A stretch of DNA of 64,000 nt from the human T2T-CHM13v2.0 reference genome, Homo sapiens: NCBI GenBank assembly GCA_009914755.4, contig CP086569.2, forward strand, positions 5,152,001 to 5,216,000. The letters are read 5' to 3'. Below, piece by piece: positions 1 to 11,775 of this stretch. The notes under the pieces were generated by a model. It had not been told where the DNA came from and ran no database searches. It saw only the letters and a list, made by a program, of their open reading frames with translations. The position numbers and the translations under genes were made by a program. The stretch's first letter is position 1. Every line of letters starts with the position of its first letter.

Positions 1-649
1 ACAAATTCATACTTCTAACTGTATCAGGGCTCTTGGCACCTCTGGGCAGTATTTTTTTTAATTAAATCTCTTATTATTTCTTAACACATTATCCGAAGAA
101 GCTGATTTATTTATTTATTTTATTCATTTGAAACTCTTAGTCCCATGCTACGTCACTCACAATTTGCCAGGTATTATCTCAATTACTGTTTATTTAGGAG
201 ATTAAGATAATTAAACCAGTTTTTTTCACCTTCTCGTCTATACTTTTCAGAATATTTCTGAATCTTTCCTTTCACTGTCTTTATTTTGGTTACTGTCTTT
301 GAGAAAGAAGTATATCTCTCCTTTCAATTCCCCCTGTTTGCATCTTTAAGTTATTTCTCTATTTGGTCTTCCTATATCTCTCCACATGATCAGGTCTTTA
401 TTATTTTAAAAGACAAATAATTCTAAACATCCTAAACCCTACTTTTGCTTCAGACATTTGCTGAAACTCTTCACTTCCTTTTCCCTCCAAACAATTTAAA
501 AGATAATTTTATAACTGCTGTCATAACACATCAGCTCTTTAACTTCTTGCAACTAAGAATTATCTTTTCCAATTTTATAACCTTAAAGAAAACCAATGAT
601 GACCAAACTCAGGTGACATTTCTCAGTCCATAGCTTTTTGAAAATCCCT

Positions 650-3240
650 GATTCATTAGATTTTTTTTACTATCCCCGTTTTACAAATGCTCTCTTCTCT
701 CTGATAACTTGTAATATGCCACTGTTAGCTTTTAAAAGATTTGTTGTGAAATACAGATAACATAAAACTTACCATTGTAGTAGTTTTTAAGTATACAGTT
801 CAATGGCATTAAGTACATCACATTGTTTTGCAGCCATCACCATCATCCATCTCCAGAGCTGTTTTCATGTTACAAAAGTGAAACTCTTTACCCATGAAAC
901 AGTGATGCCCCATTCCTCCTGGTACCCAAGCCACTGGCAAGCACCATTTTACTTTACGTTTGTATTAATTTGGCTATTCTTGTTACCGTGTATAAGTGGA
1001 CCCATGTACTATTTGTCTTTTTTTGGGTTATTTAACTTAGCATAATATTCTCAAGGTACACCCACATTGTAGCATCTGTCAAAAATACCTTCTGTTTTAA
1101 AGTGTATACCACATTTCATTTATCCACTTATCTGTCACTGGATATTTGGGTGGCTTTTACCTTTTGTCTACTCTGAAAATTTCTGCTATGAACAAGGGAG
1201 TACACTTGAATCTTAGAGACCCTGCTTCTGTGTGTTCATATCTAGACATAGAATTTCTGGATCATATGGTAATTCTACATTAAATTATGTGAGAAATCGC
1301 TACACTGTTTTCTATTGAGGCTGTACCATTTTATATTTCTACCAACAGTTTACAGGATTTCACTTTCTTCACATCCTCATCAACATTTGTTATTTTATGT
1401 TTTGATAGTAGCCATTCTAATGGGTGTGAAGTGATATCTCAATATAGTTTTGTTTTTCCCTAATTATTAGTTATGCTGAGTATCTTTTCGTGTGCATACT
1501 GGTCATATGTTCATCTTCCTTGGAAAATGGCTATTCAAGTCCTTTGCCCATTTTTTAAAGGAGTTATTTATTTACTTATTTATTATTTTTGATGTTGAGT
1601 TGTATGAGTTCTTTAGATGTTTTGGATATTAACCATATACCAGATGTAGGGTTTGAAAATATTTTTTCCACCCTGTAGGTTGCATTTTCATTCTGATGAT
1701 TGTGTTTTTTGACTCATGAAAGTTTTAAATTTTGTGTAGTCAAATGTATCTATTTTTTCTTTTATTTCTATATTTTTGTCGTTATTTCTAAGAACTCATT
1801 GCCAAACCCAATGTCATGAAGTTTTTTCTCTCTGTTTTCTTCTAATAATTTTATAGTTTTAGGTCCTACATTTATGTTATTGCATTTTGAGTTTTTCTGT
1901 ATGTGTTGTAAGGAAAGGGTCCACCTTCATTCATTTGCATGTGAGTATCAAGGTTTCCAATATCATTGGTTGAAAAGACTGTTCTTTTCTGATTAAATGG
2001 TTTTGGCATTCTTGATAAAAATCATTTGAGCCTTTGTTTTTAGGTTCCCTATCATGTGAACCTTTAATTTTAGGTTCTCTAATCTATTTTTTTTTGTCTA
2101 TTTATCTGTCTTTATTCTAGTACCATACCATTTTGATTATTGTAGATTTGTAGTAAGTTTACAAGTAACTTAAATGTGAGACTTTTTACTTTATTCTTCT
2201 TTTCAAGATTGTTTTCACTATTGCAGTTCTCTTGAAATTCCATATGTTTTTTGGATGGATTTTTCCATTTCTCTAAAAAACACCTTTTAGATTTTGATAG
2301 ATATTACACTAAATATGTAGATCTCTTTGGAAAGTGTTGAACCATGCACAATATTAAGTATTCTAATCCATGAACATAGAATAGCTTTCTACTTATTTGT
2401 GTCTTCTTTCATCTGTTTCAGCAAAATTTTGGAGTTTTCAGTGAATACCTTTCCCCTCTTTGGTTAGGTTTATACATACATATATTCTTGTTTTGATACT
2501 ATTGTAAACAGAAATGTTTTCCTAATTTTATTTTCATATTGTTCATTGTTAGTGTTTAGAAACCTAACTGATTTTTAGGTTCTGATTTTGTATCCTGCAA
2601 CTCTGCTGATCTTACTTATTAGTTCTAACAGGTTTTTTTTTTGAATAATCTTTAGGATTTTATACATCTAATATCATGCCATCTAAAAACAGAGATAAAC
2701 TTACTTCTTCTTTTCCAATTTAGATGACTTTCACTCTTTTTTCTTGCCTCATTGCTCTGGCTAGTACTTCCAGTAGTATATTGAATACAAGTGGTGGAAG
2801 CAGTTATCCTTATCTTATTCTTGATCTCAGAGGGAAATCTTACAGACAGTCACCATTGAATATGATATTAGCTGCAGGCTTTTCATATATGATATAATGT
2901 TAAAATAGTTTCCTTGTATTTGTACTTGGTTTAATGTGTTTTTTTTTAAATCATAAAAGAGCATTGAAATTCATCAAATGTTTTTCTTCATCCATTGATA
3001 TGATGAGGTATGTTTTTCCCTTCATTCTGTTAGGTGGTATAGTACAGTCATTGATTTTTGTATGTTAAACTGTCTTTGCATTTTCTTCTCAGAATAATTA
3101 CTACTCAGTCTCGGTGTGTAACCTTTTTAATATATTGTTGAATTCTGTTTTAAAGTATTTTGTTGTGGATTTTCATTAGAGATATTGGTGTGTAGTTTTC
3201 TTATAGTGTCTTAGTCTAGCTTTGGAATCATGGTAATGCT
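650..3240 (-). mobile_element. Ancient LINE-1 (L1M-like) remnant: 3'UTR plus C-terminal ORF2 region, sense strand is the minus strand
   Basis: The plus strand reads as the reverse complement of the L1 3'UTR/ORF2 consensus. Examples are gtacagttcaatggcattaagtacatcacattgtt..., ccatgaacatagaatagctttctac... and tcctgcaactctgctgatcttacttattagttctaac. It is heavily diverged and breaks off at 3240 inside ORF2. Confidence 0.7.
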
Positions 3241-3848
3241 TTCCTCATATAATAGTCATGTGCTACTTAACAATGGCAATATGTTCTGAGAAATGCCTTG
3301 TTAGGGGATTTTGTCACTGTGCAAACATCATAGAGTGTACTTACATGAACTTACACTCTATAGCCTATTACATACTTAGGCTATATGGCATAGCCTATTG
3401 TTCCTAGGCTACAAACCTGTACAGCATGTTACTGTACTGAATACTGTAGGCAATGGTAACACAAAGGTAAGTATTTGTGTATCTAAACATAGAAAAGGTA
3501 GAGTAAAAATAGTACAAAAAATAGAAAATGCTACATTTGTATAGGGCACTAAACATGAGTAGAGTTTGCAGGACTGGAAGTTGCTCTGGGTGAGTCAATG
3601 AATAAATGGTGAGTGAATGTGAAGTCCTAGGCCATTACTTTACACTACTGTGTACTTTATAAACATGTACCAGGCTAACACTAAATTTATGAAAGAATAT
3701 TTTTATTTCTTCAGTAATAAATGAACCTTAGCTTTCTATGACTCTTTTACCTCGTAAACTTTTATTTTTTTCTAACTTTTGACTCTGTTGTAATAGCACT
3801 TAGCTTAAGACAAAAACACATTTTATAGCTCAAATCGTTTTCTCTTTG

Positions 3849-4000
3849 CTGGGCACAGTGGTGGGCACCTGTAATTCCAGCTACTTGAGAGGCTGAGACG
3901 GGGATTCCTTGACTCCAGGCTGTAGTGCACTAAAAAGACTGCAAGATTGCACCTGTGAATAGACACTCCACTCCAGCCTGGGAAACATAAGAAGACCCTT

Positions 4001-4044
<44 letters not shown>
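3849..4044 (+). mobile_element. 5'-truncated Alu (right monomer only) with a roughly 38 nt poly-A tail
   Basis: gggcacagtggtgggcacctgtaattccagctacttgagaggctgag...cactccagcctggg is followed by A38. It is an old, diverged copy. Confidence 0.75.
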
Positions 4045-4049
<5 letters not shown>

Positions 4050-4486
4050 TTCTTTATATTCTTATGTTATGAGCTTTTTCTATTTTTTTCTATATTTTAA
4101 ACTTTTTAAATCTTTCTGTTAATAACTAATGCACAAACATTAGCATAGGCTTGCATAGGGTCAAAATAATCAATATCACTCTTTTCACCTCCACATCTTG
4201 TCCTTGTCCTACTGGGAGGTTTTCAGGGACAGTAACATGCACAGAGCTGTCTTCTCCTATGATAACAATGTCTTCTTTTGAAATACCTCCTGAAAGATCT
4301 GCTTGAGGCTGTTTTGTAGTTAACTTTTCTTTTTTCAATAAGTAGAAGGAATATACTCTAAAATAACAATTAAAGGTATAGTATAGAAAATATATAAACC
4401 AATAACATCGTTATTTATTATCATTATCAAGTATTATGTACTGTACATAATTGTATGTGTTATACTTTTATACCACTGGCAGTGCA

Positions 4487-4513
4487 GTAGGTTTTTGTTG
4501 TTGTTGTTGTTGT
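4487..4513. repeat. (GTT)n microsatellite
   Basis: gtttttgttgttgttgttgttgtattg. Confidence 0.8.
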
Positions 4514-4518
4514 ATTGT

Positions 4519-4648
4519 TTTTTTAAAAAGTAAAGACAGGGTCACACCATGTTGCCCTGGCTGGTCTGGAACTCCTGGACTCAAGCAATCATCCTTTCTC
4601 AGCCTTCCAAAGTGCTGGGATTACAGGTGTGAACCACCACACCTGGCC
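4519..4648 (-). mobile_element. Free left Alu monomer (FLAM-like) or truncated Alu
   Basis: The reverse complement reads ggccaggtgtggtggttcacacctgtaatcccagcactttggaaggctgagaaaggatgattgcttgagtccaggagttccagaccagcc... Confidence 0.65.
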
Positions 4649-4744
4649 AGTACGTTTGTTTATACCAGGATTGCCACAAACACATGAGTAATGCATTGTG
4701 CTATGATGTTACAATGGCTATATCATTAGGTTTTAGCTCTTATT

Positions 4745-6650
4745 ATTTTGAGATATGTTCAATCAATACCTAGTTTATTAAGAGTTTTTAGCATGAAAGG
4801 ATGTTGAATTTTATCAAAGACCTTTCTGCATCTATTGAGATAATCATGTGGTTTTTGTCATTGGTTCTGTTTATGTGATGGATTACATTTATTGATTTGC
4901 ATATGTTGAACCAGCCTTGCATCCCAGGGATGAAGCTGACTTGATCATGGTGGATAAGCTTTTTGATGTGTTGCTGGATTTGGTTTTCCAGTATTTTATT
5001 GAGGATTTTCGCATGGACGTTCATCAGGGTTACTGGCCTGACACTTTCTTTTTTTGTTGTGCCTCTGCCAGGTTTTGGTATCAGGATAATGCTGGTCTCA
5101 TAAAATGAGTTAGGGAGGAGTCCCTCTTTTACTATTGTTTGGAATAATTTCAGAAGGAATGGTAGTGGTTCCTTTTTGTACCTCTGGGAGAATTCGGCTA
5201 TGAATCCATCTGGTCCTGGGATTTTTGTTTTGGTTCATAGGCTATTAATTACTGCCTCAATTTCAGAGCTCGTTGTTGGTCTATTCAGGGATTCAACTTC
5301 TTCCTGGTTTAGTCTTGGGAGGGTGTATGTGGTCCAGTAATTTATCCATTTCTTCTAGATTTTCTAGTTTATTTGCATAGACATGTTTATAGTATTCTCT
5401 GATGGTAGTTTGTATTTCTGTGGGATCAGTGGTGCTATTCTCTTTATCATTTTTTATTATGTCTACCTGATTCTTCTCTCTTTTCTTCCTTACTAGTCTA
5501 GCTAGCAGTCTATCTGTTTTTAAAAAAAAACTTTTCATAAAACCGGTTCCTGGATTCACTGATTTTTTTGAAGGGTTTTTTATGTCTCTATCTCCTTCAG
5601 TTCTGGTCTGATCTTAGTTATTTCTTGTCTTCTACTAGCTTTTGAATTTGTTTGCTCTGGTTCTCTAGTTCTTTTAATTCTGATGTTCAGGTGTTGATTT
5701 CAGATCTTTCCAGCTCTCTGTTGTGGGCATTTAGTGCTATAAATTTCCCTTTTAACACTGCTTTAGCTGTGTCCCGGAGATTCTGGTATGTTGTCTCTTT
5801 GTTCTCATTGGTTTCAAAGAACTTATTTATTTCTGCCTTAATTTTGTTATTTACCCAATAATCATTCAGGAGCAGGTTGTTCAATTTCCATGTAGTGATG
5901 TGGTTTTGAGTGAGTTTCTTAATCCTGATTTCTAATTTGATTGCACTGTGGTCTGAGAGACTGTTTATTATGATTTCCACTCTTTTGCATTTGCTGGGGA
6001 GTTTTTTACTTCCAATTGTGTGGTCAGTTTTAGAATAAGTGCTATGTAGGTGCTGAGAAGAATGTATATTCTGTTGATTTAGGATGGGGAGTTCTGTAGA
6101 TGTCTATTAGGTCTGCTTGGTCCAGAGCCGAGTTCAAGTCCTGAATACTTTGTTAATTTTGTGTCTTGTTGATTTGTCTGATATTGACAGTGGGGTGTTA
6201 AAGTCTCCCACTATTATTGTATCGGAGTCTAAGTCTCTTTCTAAGTCTCTAAGAACTTGCTTTATGAATCTGGTTCTCCTGTATTGGGTGCATTTATATT
6301 TAGGGTAGTTAACTCTTCTTGTTGCATTGATCCCTTTACCATTATGTAATGCCCTTCTTTGTCTTTTCTTGACCTTTGTTGGTTTAAAGTCTGTTTTATC
6401 AGAGTCTAGAATTGCAACCCCTGCTTTTTTTCTTTTTTTTTTCTTTCTTTCCATTTGCTTGGTAAATCTTCTTCCATCTGTTTATTTTGAGCCTCTGGGT
6501 ATCTTTGCATGTGAGATGGGTCTCTTGAATACAGCACACCAATGGGTCTTGACTCTTAATCCAATTTGCCAGTCTGTGTCTTTTAATTGGGGCATTTAAC
6601 CCATTTACATTTAAGGTTAATGCTGTTATGTGTGAATTTGATCCTGTCAT
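4745..6650 (-). pseudogene. L1 ORF2 remnant (endonuclease plus first part of reverse transcriptase), disrupted
   Basis: Several short minus-strand ORFs are collinear with L1 ORF2, but in different frames and with stops between them. Confidence 0.75.
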
Positions 6651-6714
6651 TATGATCCTGGCAGGTTATTTTGCACAATAGTTGATGCAGTTTCTCCATA
6701 GTGTCATTGGTCTT

Positions 6715-7740
6715 TCTATTTTGGTGTGTTTTTGCAGTGGCTGGTACTGGTTTTTCCTTTCAATATTTAGTGCTTCCTTCAGGAGCTCTTGTAAGGCAGG
6801 CCTGGTGGTGACAAAATGCCTCAGCATTTGCCTGTCTGTAAAGGATTTCATTTCTCTTTCACTTTTGAAGCTTAGTTTGGCTGGATATGAAATTCTGCAT
6901 TAAAAATTCTTTTCTTTAAGAATGTTGAATATTGGCCCCCAGCCTCTTCTAGCTTGTAAGGTTTCTGCAGAGATCCACTGTTAGTCTGACGGACTTCCCT
7001 TTGTAGGTAACCTACCTTTCTCTCTGGTTGCTCTTAACATTTTTTCCTTCATTTCAGCCTTGGAGAATCTGATGATTATGTGTCTTGGGGTTGCTTTTCT
7101 CAAGAATTATCTTACTGGTGTTCTCTGTAGTTCCTGAATTTGAATGTTGGCCTGTCTTGCTAGGTTGGTGAAGTTCTCCTGGATAATATCCTGAAGTGTG
7201 TTTCCCAACTTGGTTCCATTTTCCCCATCACTTTCAGGTAAACCAATTAATCATAGGTTTGGTCTTTTCACATAGTCCTGTATTTCTTAGAGGCTTTGTT
7301 TGTTCCTTTTCATTCTTTTTTCTCTAATCTTGTCTTCACACTTTATTTCAGTAAGTTGATCTTTAATCTCAGATATCCGTTCTTCCACTTTATCGCTTGG
7401 CTATTGATACTTGTGTATGGTTCACAAAGTTCTCGTGCTGTGTTTTTCAGCTCCATAACGTCATTTATGTTTCTCTCTAAACTCGTTACTCTAGTTAGCA
7501 GTTCCTGTAACCTTTTATCAAGGCTCTTAGCTTCCTTGCATTGGGTTAAAACACACTCCTTTAACTCAGAGGAGTTTGCTGTTACCTACCTTCCGAAACC
7601 TACTTCTGTCAATTTGTCAGTCTCATTCTCCATCCAGTTTTGTGCCCTTGCTGAAGAGGAGTTGCGATCATTTGGAGGAGAAGAAGCATTCTGGTATTTG
7701 GAATTTTCAGCGTTTCTGTGCTGGTTTTTCCTCACCTTCA
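6715..7740 (-). pseudogene. L1 ORF1 remnant, disrupted
   Basis: The C-terminal ORF1 motif is at 6666-6851. No long intact minus-strand ORF is seen upstream. The extent is approximate. Confidence 0.5.
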
Positions 7741-9079
7741 TGGATTTATCTACCTTTGATCTTTCAGGCTGATGAACTTTGGATGGGGCTTTTGCGTGGG
7801 GGTCCTTTATGTTGATTTTGATGTTGTTGCTTTCCGTTTGTTAGTTTTTCTTCTAACAAGCAGGCCTGTCTGCTGCAGGTCTGCTGTAGTTTGCTGGAGG
7901 TCCACTCCAGACCCTGTTCGCCTGGGTATCACCAGTGGAGGCTGTAGAACAGCAAAGATTGTTGCCTGCTCCTTCCTCTGGAAGCTTCGTCCCAGAGGGG
8001 CACCAGCCTGATGCCAGCTGGAGATCTCCTGTATGAGATGTCTGTCAACCCCTATTGGGAGGTCTCTCCCAGTCAGGAGGCACTGGGGTCAGGGACCTAC
8101 TTGAGGAGGCCATCTGTCCCTTACCAGAGCTGGTGTGCTGTGCTGGGAGAATCCCTTTTTTTCAGGATCAGCTGCTCTCTTCAGAGCCAGCAGGCAGGAA
8201 TGATGATATCTGCTGAAGCTGCACCCACAGCCTCCCCTTCCCTCAGGTGCTCTGTCCCAGGGAAATGGGGGTTTTGTCTATAAGTTCCTGACTGGGGCTG
8301 TTGCCTTTCCTTCAGAGATGCCCTGCCCAGTGATGAGGAATCTAGAGAAGCAGTCTGGCCACAGCCGTTTTGCTGCACTGTGGTGAATTTGCCCAGTCCA
8401 CACCTCCCAGCCTCCTTAGCACTGTCAGGGGAAAATTGCCTTATAAAGCCTCAGTAATGGCGGATGCCCCTCTTCCCACCAAGCTCGATCATCTCAGGTC
8501 AACTTCAGACTGCTGTGCTGGCAGTGAGAATTTCAAGCCAGTGATTTTTAGCTTGCTGGGCTTCGTGGGAGTGGGATCTGCTGAGTGAGACCACTTAGCT
8601 CCCTGGCTTCAGCTCCCTTTCCAGGGGAGTGAATGGTTCTGTCTTGCTGGGGTTCCAGGTGCCACTGGGGTAGGAAAAAGACTCTTGCAGCTAGGTCGGT
8701 GCCTGCCCAAACAGCCACCCAATTTTTGGCTTGAAACCCAGGGCCCTGGTGGTATAGGCACAGGAGGGAATTTCCCAATCTGCAGATTGCAAAAACTATG
8801 GGAAAAGTGTAGTAACATGGCCATGTAGCACAGTCCCTCATGGCTTCCCTTGGCTAGGGGAGGAAGGTCCCCCAGCTTCATGAACTTCCCAGGTGAAGCG
8901 ATGCCCCACCCTGCTTCTGCTCACCCTCCGTGGGTTGGACCTACTGCCTAACCAGTTCCAATGAGATGAACTGGGTACCTCAGTTGGAAATGACAAAATC
9001 ACCTTCCTTCTGTGTTGGTCTCGCTGGGAGCTGTACACAGGAGCTGTGCCTATTCGGCCACCTTGGCCCCTCTCCTGTT

Positions 9080-10400
9080 TCTAGTTCTTGAAGGTGTAAA
9101 TTTTGGTTGTGAATTTTAGATCTTTAATCCAATCATTTACAAAAAATTGTTTCTTAGCACTGGTTTTCTTTATCTCATAATTTTTTTGCATTTTTTGCAT
9201 GTTGTGTTTTAATTTTCATTTTCTCAAGATATTTTCTAATGTGATTTTTCTTTCTAATATTTTATAATGTGATTTTTTTGACCCAGTAGTTGCTTAAAAG
9301 TGTTGTTTAATTTCCACATATTTCAGAATTATCAAGTTTTTTCTGCTTTAATATATAGTTTCATTCCATTGTGATTGCAAAAGATATTTGTATGATTTCA
9401 TTCTTATTAATTACTATTAGTTTTATGGCCATATATATTATCTATCCTGCAGATATTTCCATGTGTACTTTGGAAAAATGTGTACTCTTTTGATCTCGCG
9501 TGATATGTCATGTATATGTTTGTTAGATCCAATTGGTCTATAGTGTTGTTGAAGAGCCATTATGTTCTTTTTTCTTTTTTTTTTTTTTTTTTTTTGAGAC
9601 ACAGTCTCGCCTTGTTGCCCAGGCTGGAATGCAGTGGTGCGATCTTGGCTCACTGAAATCTCCACCTCCCGGGTTCAAGCGATTCTCCTGCCCCAGCCTC
9701 CCAAGTAGCTGGGATTACAGGCGTGTGCCACTATGCCCAGCTAATTTTTGTATTTTTAGTAGAGACTGGTTTCACTATGTTGGTCAGGCTGGTCTCGAAC
9801 TCTTGACCTCGTGATCCGCCCGCCTCAGCCTCCCAAAGTGCTGGGATTACAGGCGTGAGCCACTGCACCTAGCCAAAGATCTATATTTTCTTACTGATCA
9901 TCTTTCTGGTTCTAGCCACTATTGACAATGGAACATTGAAGTCTACTATTTTTGTAGTACTGTCTCCTTTCAATTCTGTTAATGTTGGCTTCATATATTT
10001 AGAAGCTCTGATATGTAGTGCATGTATGCTAATAATTATATATTTTTGGTGAATAGACATTTATCAATACATATTGTCCTTTTTTGTCTCTTGTAACATT
10101 TTTTGGTGTAAAATCTATTGCTTACTATTAGCATAGCTATGATTGCTTTCTTTTGGCCACTATTTGCATGGACTATCTGTTTTCACCTTTTATCCTTCAA
10201 CCTATTTGTGTTCTTACTTCTAACATGAGTCTATTGTAGACAGTACATATTTAGTTCCCGGTTATTCATTCACTATGCCAGTGTAATGTCTTATAATGTC
10301 TTATAATTAAGGTGTTTAATCCATTTAAATTTTAAGCAATTGCTCATAGTCAGGACTTACTATTACCACCATATTATATTTTTTAAAAACTCTCTTTCTT
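9080..10400 (-). mobile_element. Ancient L1M-like segment (ORF2/ORF1-proximal region), probably the same old element as 650-3240, split by later insertions
   Basis: The plus strand matches the L1 antisense consensus. Examples are ttctcaagatattttctaat...gttgtttaatttccacatatttc...tttcattccattgtgattgcaaaagata and ccatttaaattttaag...ggacttactattaccacc. An Alu lies nested at 9567-9874. Confidence 0.6.
9567..9874 (-). mobile_element. Alu (AluS-like) with the poly-T (reverse-complement poly-A) at its left end
   Basis: t29 then gagacacagtctcgccttgttgcccaggctggaatgcagtgg ... gcctcccaaagtgctgggattacaggcgtgagccactgcacctagcc. Confidence 0.9.
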
Positions 10401-10925
10401 CTCATATGCACCACGAATTGCGTCTGACCTTTTAGAGTATAGGTGACTTTTCTAATGAGATTCAGAAAATAATTTCCACTTGTCCATTTGGCATTTCTAC
10501 CTGTATGTTCATTACTCTTGAAGTGATTTAAGTAGGAAAAGAGGATGCTACCTTTTAAATTTGTTTCCATTATTTAACTAGAAGAGTTTGTTCATTAAAA
10601 CATTATACTCCTCAGACATGTCACTTAACTCAGGTATTATGGTACTCTCTTTTGCAAATGTGAGTCCTCGAAAATTCATTAGTGTACTTTTAATTCAACA
10701 GATATGTATTGACTTTTACCCATTACATTCTTGGTATTGTTCAAGGTACTGAGTATATCACAGTGAACAAGACAGAGGAAAGCTTCTGCTCTCATGGAGA
10801 TAGACAATAAGCATAATAAATCAGTAAGTGATATAGTGTATTAGAAGATGTTTATGTGCTGTGCATAAACTAGAGAAGTGTAGGTGGGAATAGCAGTGCC
10901 ACTTGGGGGTGGGTGATTTGATGGC

Positions 10926-10990
10926 TTTTGGGTAATAAGGGTTTAGGTACTTTTGGGTAATAAGGATTTAGGTACTTTTGGGTATATAAG
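10926..10990. repeat. Short tandem duplication, about 3 copies of a roughly 22 bp unit
   Basis: ttttgggtaataagggtttaggtac / ttttgggtaataaggatttaggtac / ttttgggtatataagg. Confidence 0.6.
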
Positions 10991-11488
10991 GAAGACAGAT
11001 TTGGATCATAGTGCCAACAGAGGAGCTATGAATGAAATTAGCATAATTATATTGTGATATACAGATGATATTTGAATTTTTTTTATAATGTAAGAAATAT
11101 ATTATATGTCTATTTTATTTATTTATTGAGTATGATTCCTAGCAACAGATAACTAGCTAAATAAACTGCCTTTCTCTTAAGCTCAATGCTAATTGAAAAA
11201 GAAATTAAAGCCAGAATCCATGTAGGACAGTGAGGAATTCATGGCTATCAATATCAGGATCTCCTTTCAGAGAGCATCACAAAAGTGTGCTGATAGACAT
11301 GATGAAGGAAAATAAGGAAAATAAAAGATTCTTAGGGGAGGGAATATGCTATTTTTTGTGATAAGCAACTCCTGTTACTTCTCTTTGATAGGTACAGGAT
11401 TATAAACTAACCCTCAATTTTACCCTGTTTTGAAGAATATGTTTTAAAGTGAGCTTAAATAATACAATATAAAAATTGACTTCTTCAA

Positions 11489-11775
11489 GTGGCGAGAGCA
11501 CTCAGAGACGCGACGTGGAGCTGGCGGGTACCGAGCGGGTGCCTCAGTCTCCTTCCCCTCCCCTCGCCTAGCCTTGCCGTCTTCTCCCCGCAGATGGACC
11601 GGAACTATGTGATCCCGGAAGTTCTAGGGCCTTTGCTGTGTGTGGGATAAACGGTCATGGCGGAGGCTCCAGCTCCCGTGACAACAGCCACAACATCAGG
11701 AGCAGGAGACGCAGCGGCAGCAGCCACAGCGGCCTCCCGCACCCCGATCCCCACAGTCACTGCCCCATCCCCAGT
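11489..11775 (+). promoter_or_regulatory. Isolated CpG-rich island, candidate promoter or first exon. It contains a short ORF (ATG 11594) and a second ATG at 11657 opening an Ala/Thr/Pro-rich frame
   Basis: About 18 CpG dinucleotides in roughly 290 bp, for example gacgcgacgtggagctggcgggtaccgagcgggtg and gacgcagcggcagcagccacagcggcctcccgcaccccgatcc. It is flanked on both sides by AT-rich sequence. It has no poly-A or TSD that would mark a retrocopy. Confidence 0.35.

Larger units (their letters stand above)
3241..4745. mobile_element. Tigger1-like (TcMar-Tigger) DNA transposon fragment, itself interrupted by Alu pieces
   Basis: Three segments match my memory of Tigger1 internal sequence, with CpG decay. 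They are catgtgctacttaacaatggcaatatgttctgagaaatgc...cctaggctacaaacctgtacagcatgttactgtactgaatactgtaggcaa, ttatcattatcaagtattatgtactgtacataattgtatgtg and ccacaaacacatgagtaatgcattg. Confidence 0.5.
4745..9076 (-). mobile_element. Primate LINE-1 (L1PA/L1PB-like): complete 5'UTR, ORF1 and N-terminal half of ORF2; 3'-truncated and inactivated by stops and frameshifts
   Basis: Minus-strand ORF fragments match L1 ORF2, for example [119 protein letters not shown] and [46 protein letters not shown]. The ORF1 C-terminus reads KSFTDRQMLRHFVTTRPALQELLKEAL. The element terminus at 9040-9076 is the reverse complement of GGAGGAGCCAAGATGGCCGAATAGG. Confidence 0.85.

Noticed and set aside
4126-4338. 70 aa minus-strand ORF (MKKEKLTTKQPQADLSGGISKEDIVIIGEDSSVHVTVPENLPVGQ...)
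   Set aside because: It lies inside the Tigger1-like transposon relic. It is at best a decayed transposase fragment and has no host-gene signals.
4788-7815. Multiple 60-158 aa ORFs with recognisable reverse-transcriptase and endonuclease motifs
   Set aside because: These are fragments of L1 ORF2/ORF1 (minus strand) and their antisense translations. They are interrupted by stops and frameshifts, so they are part of a dead retrotransposon, not host genes.
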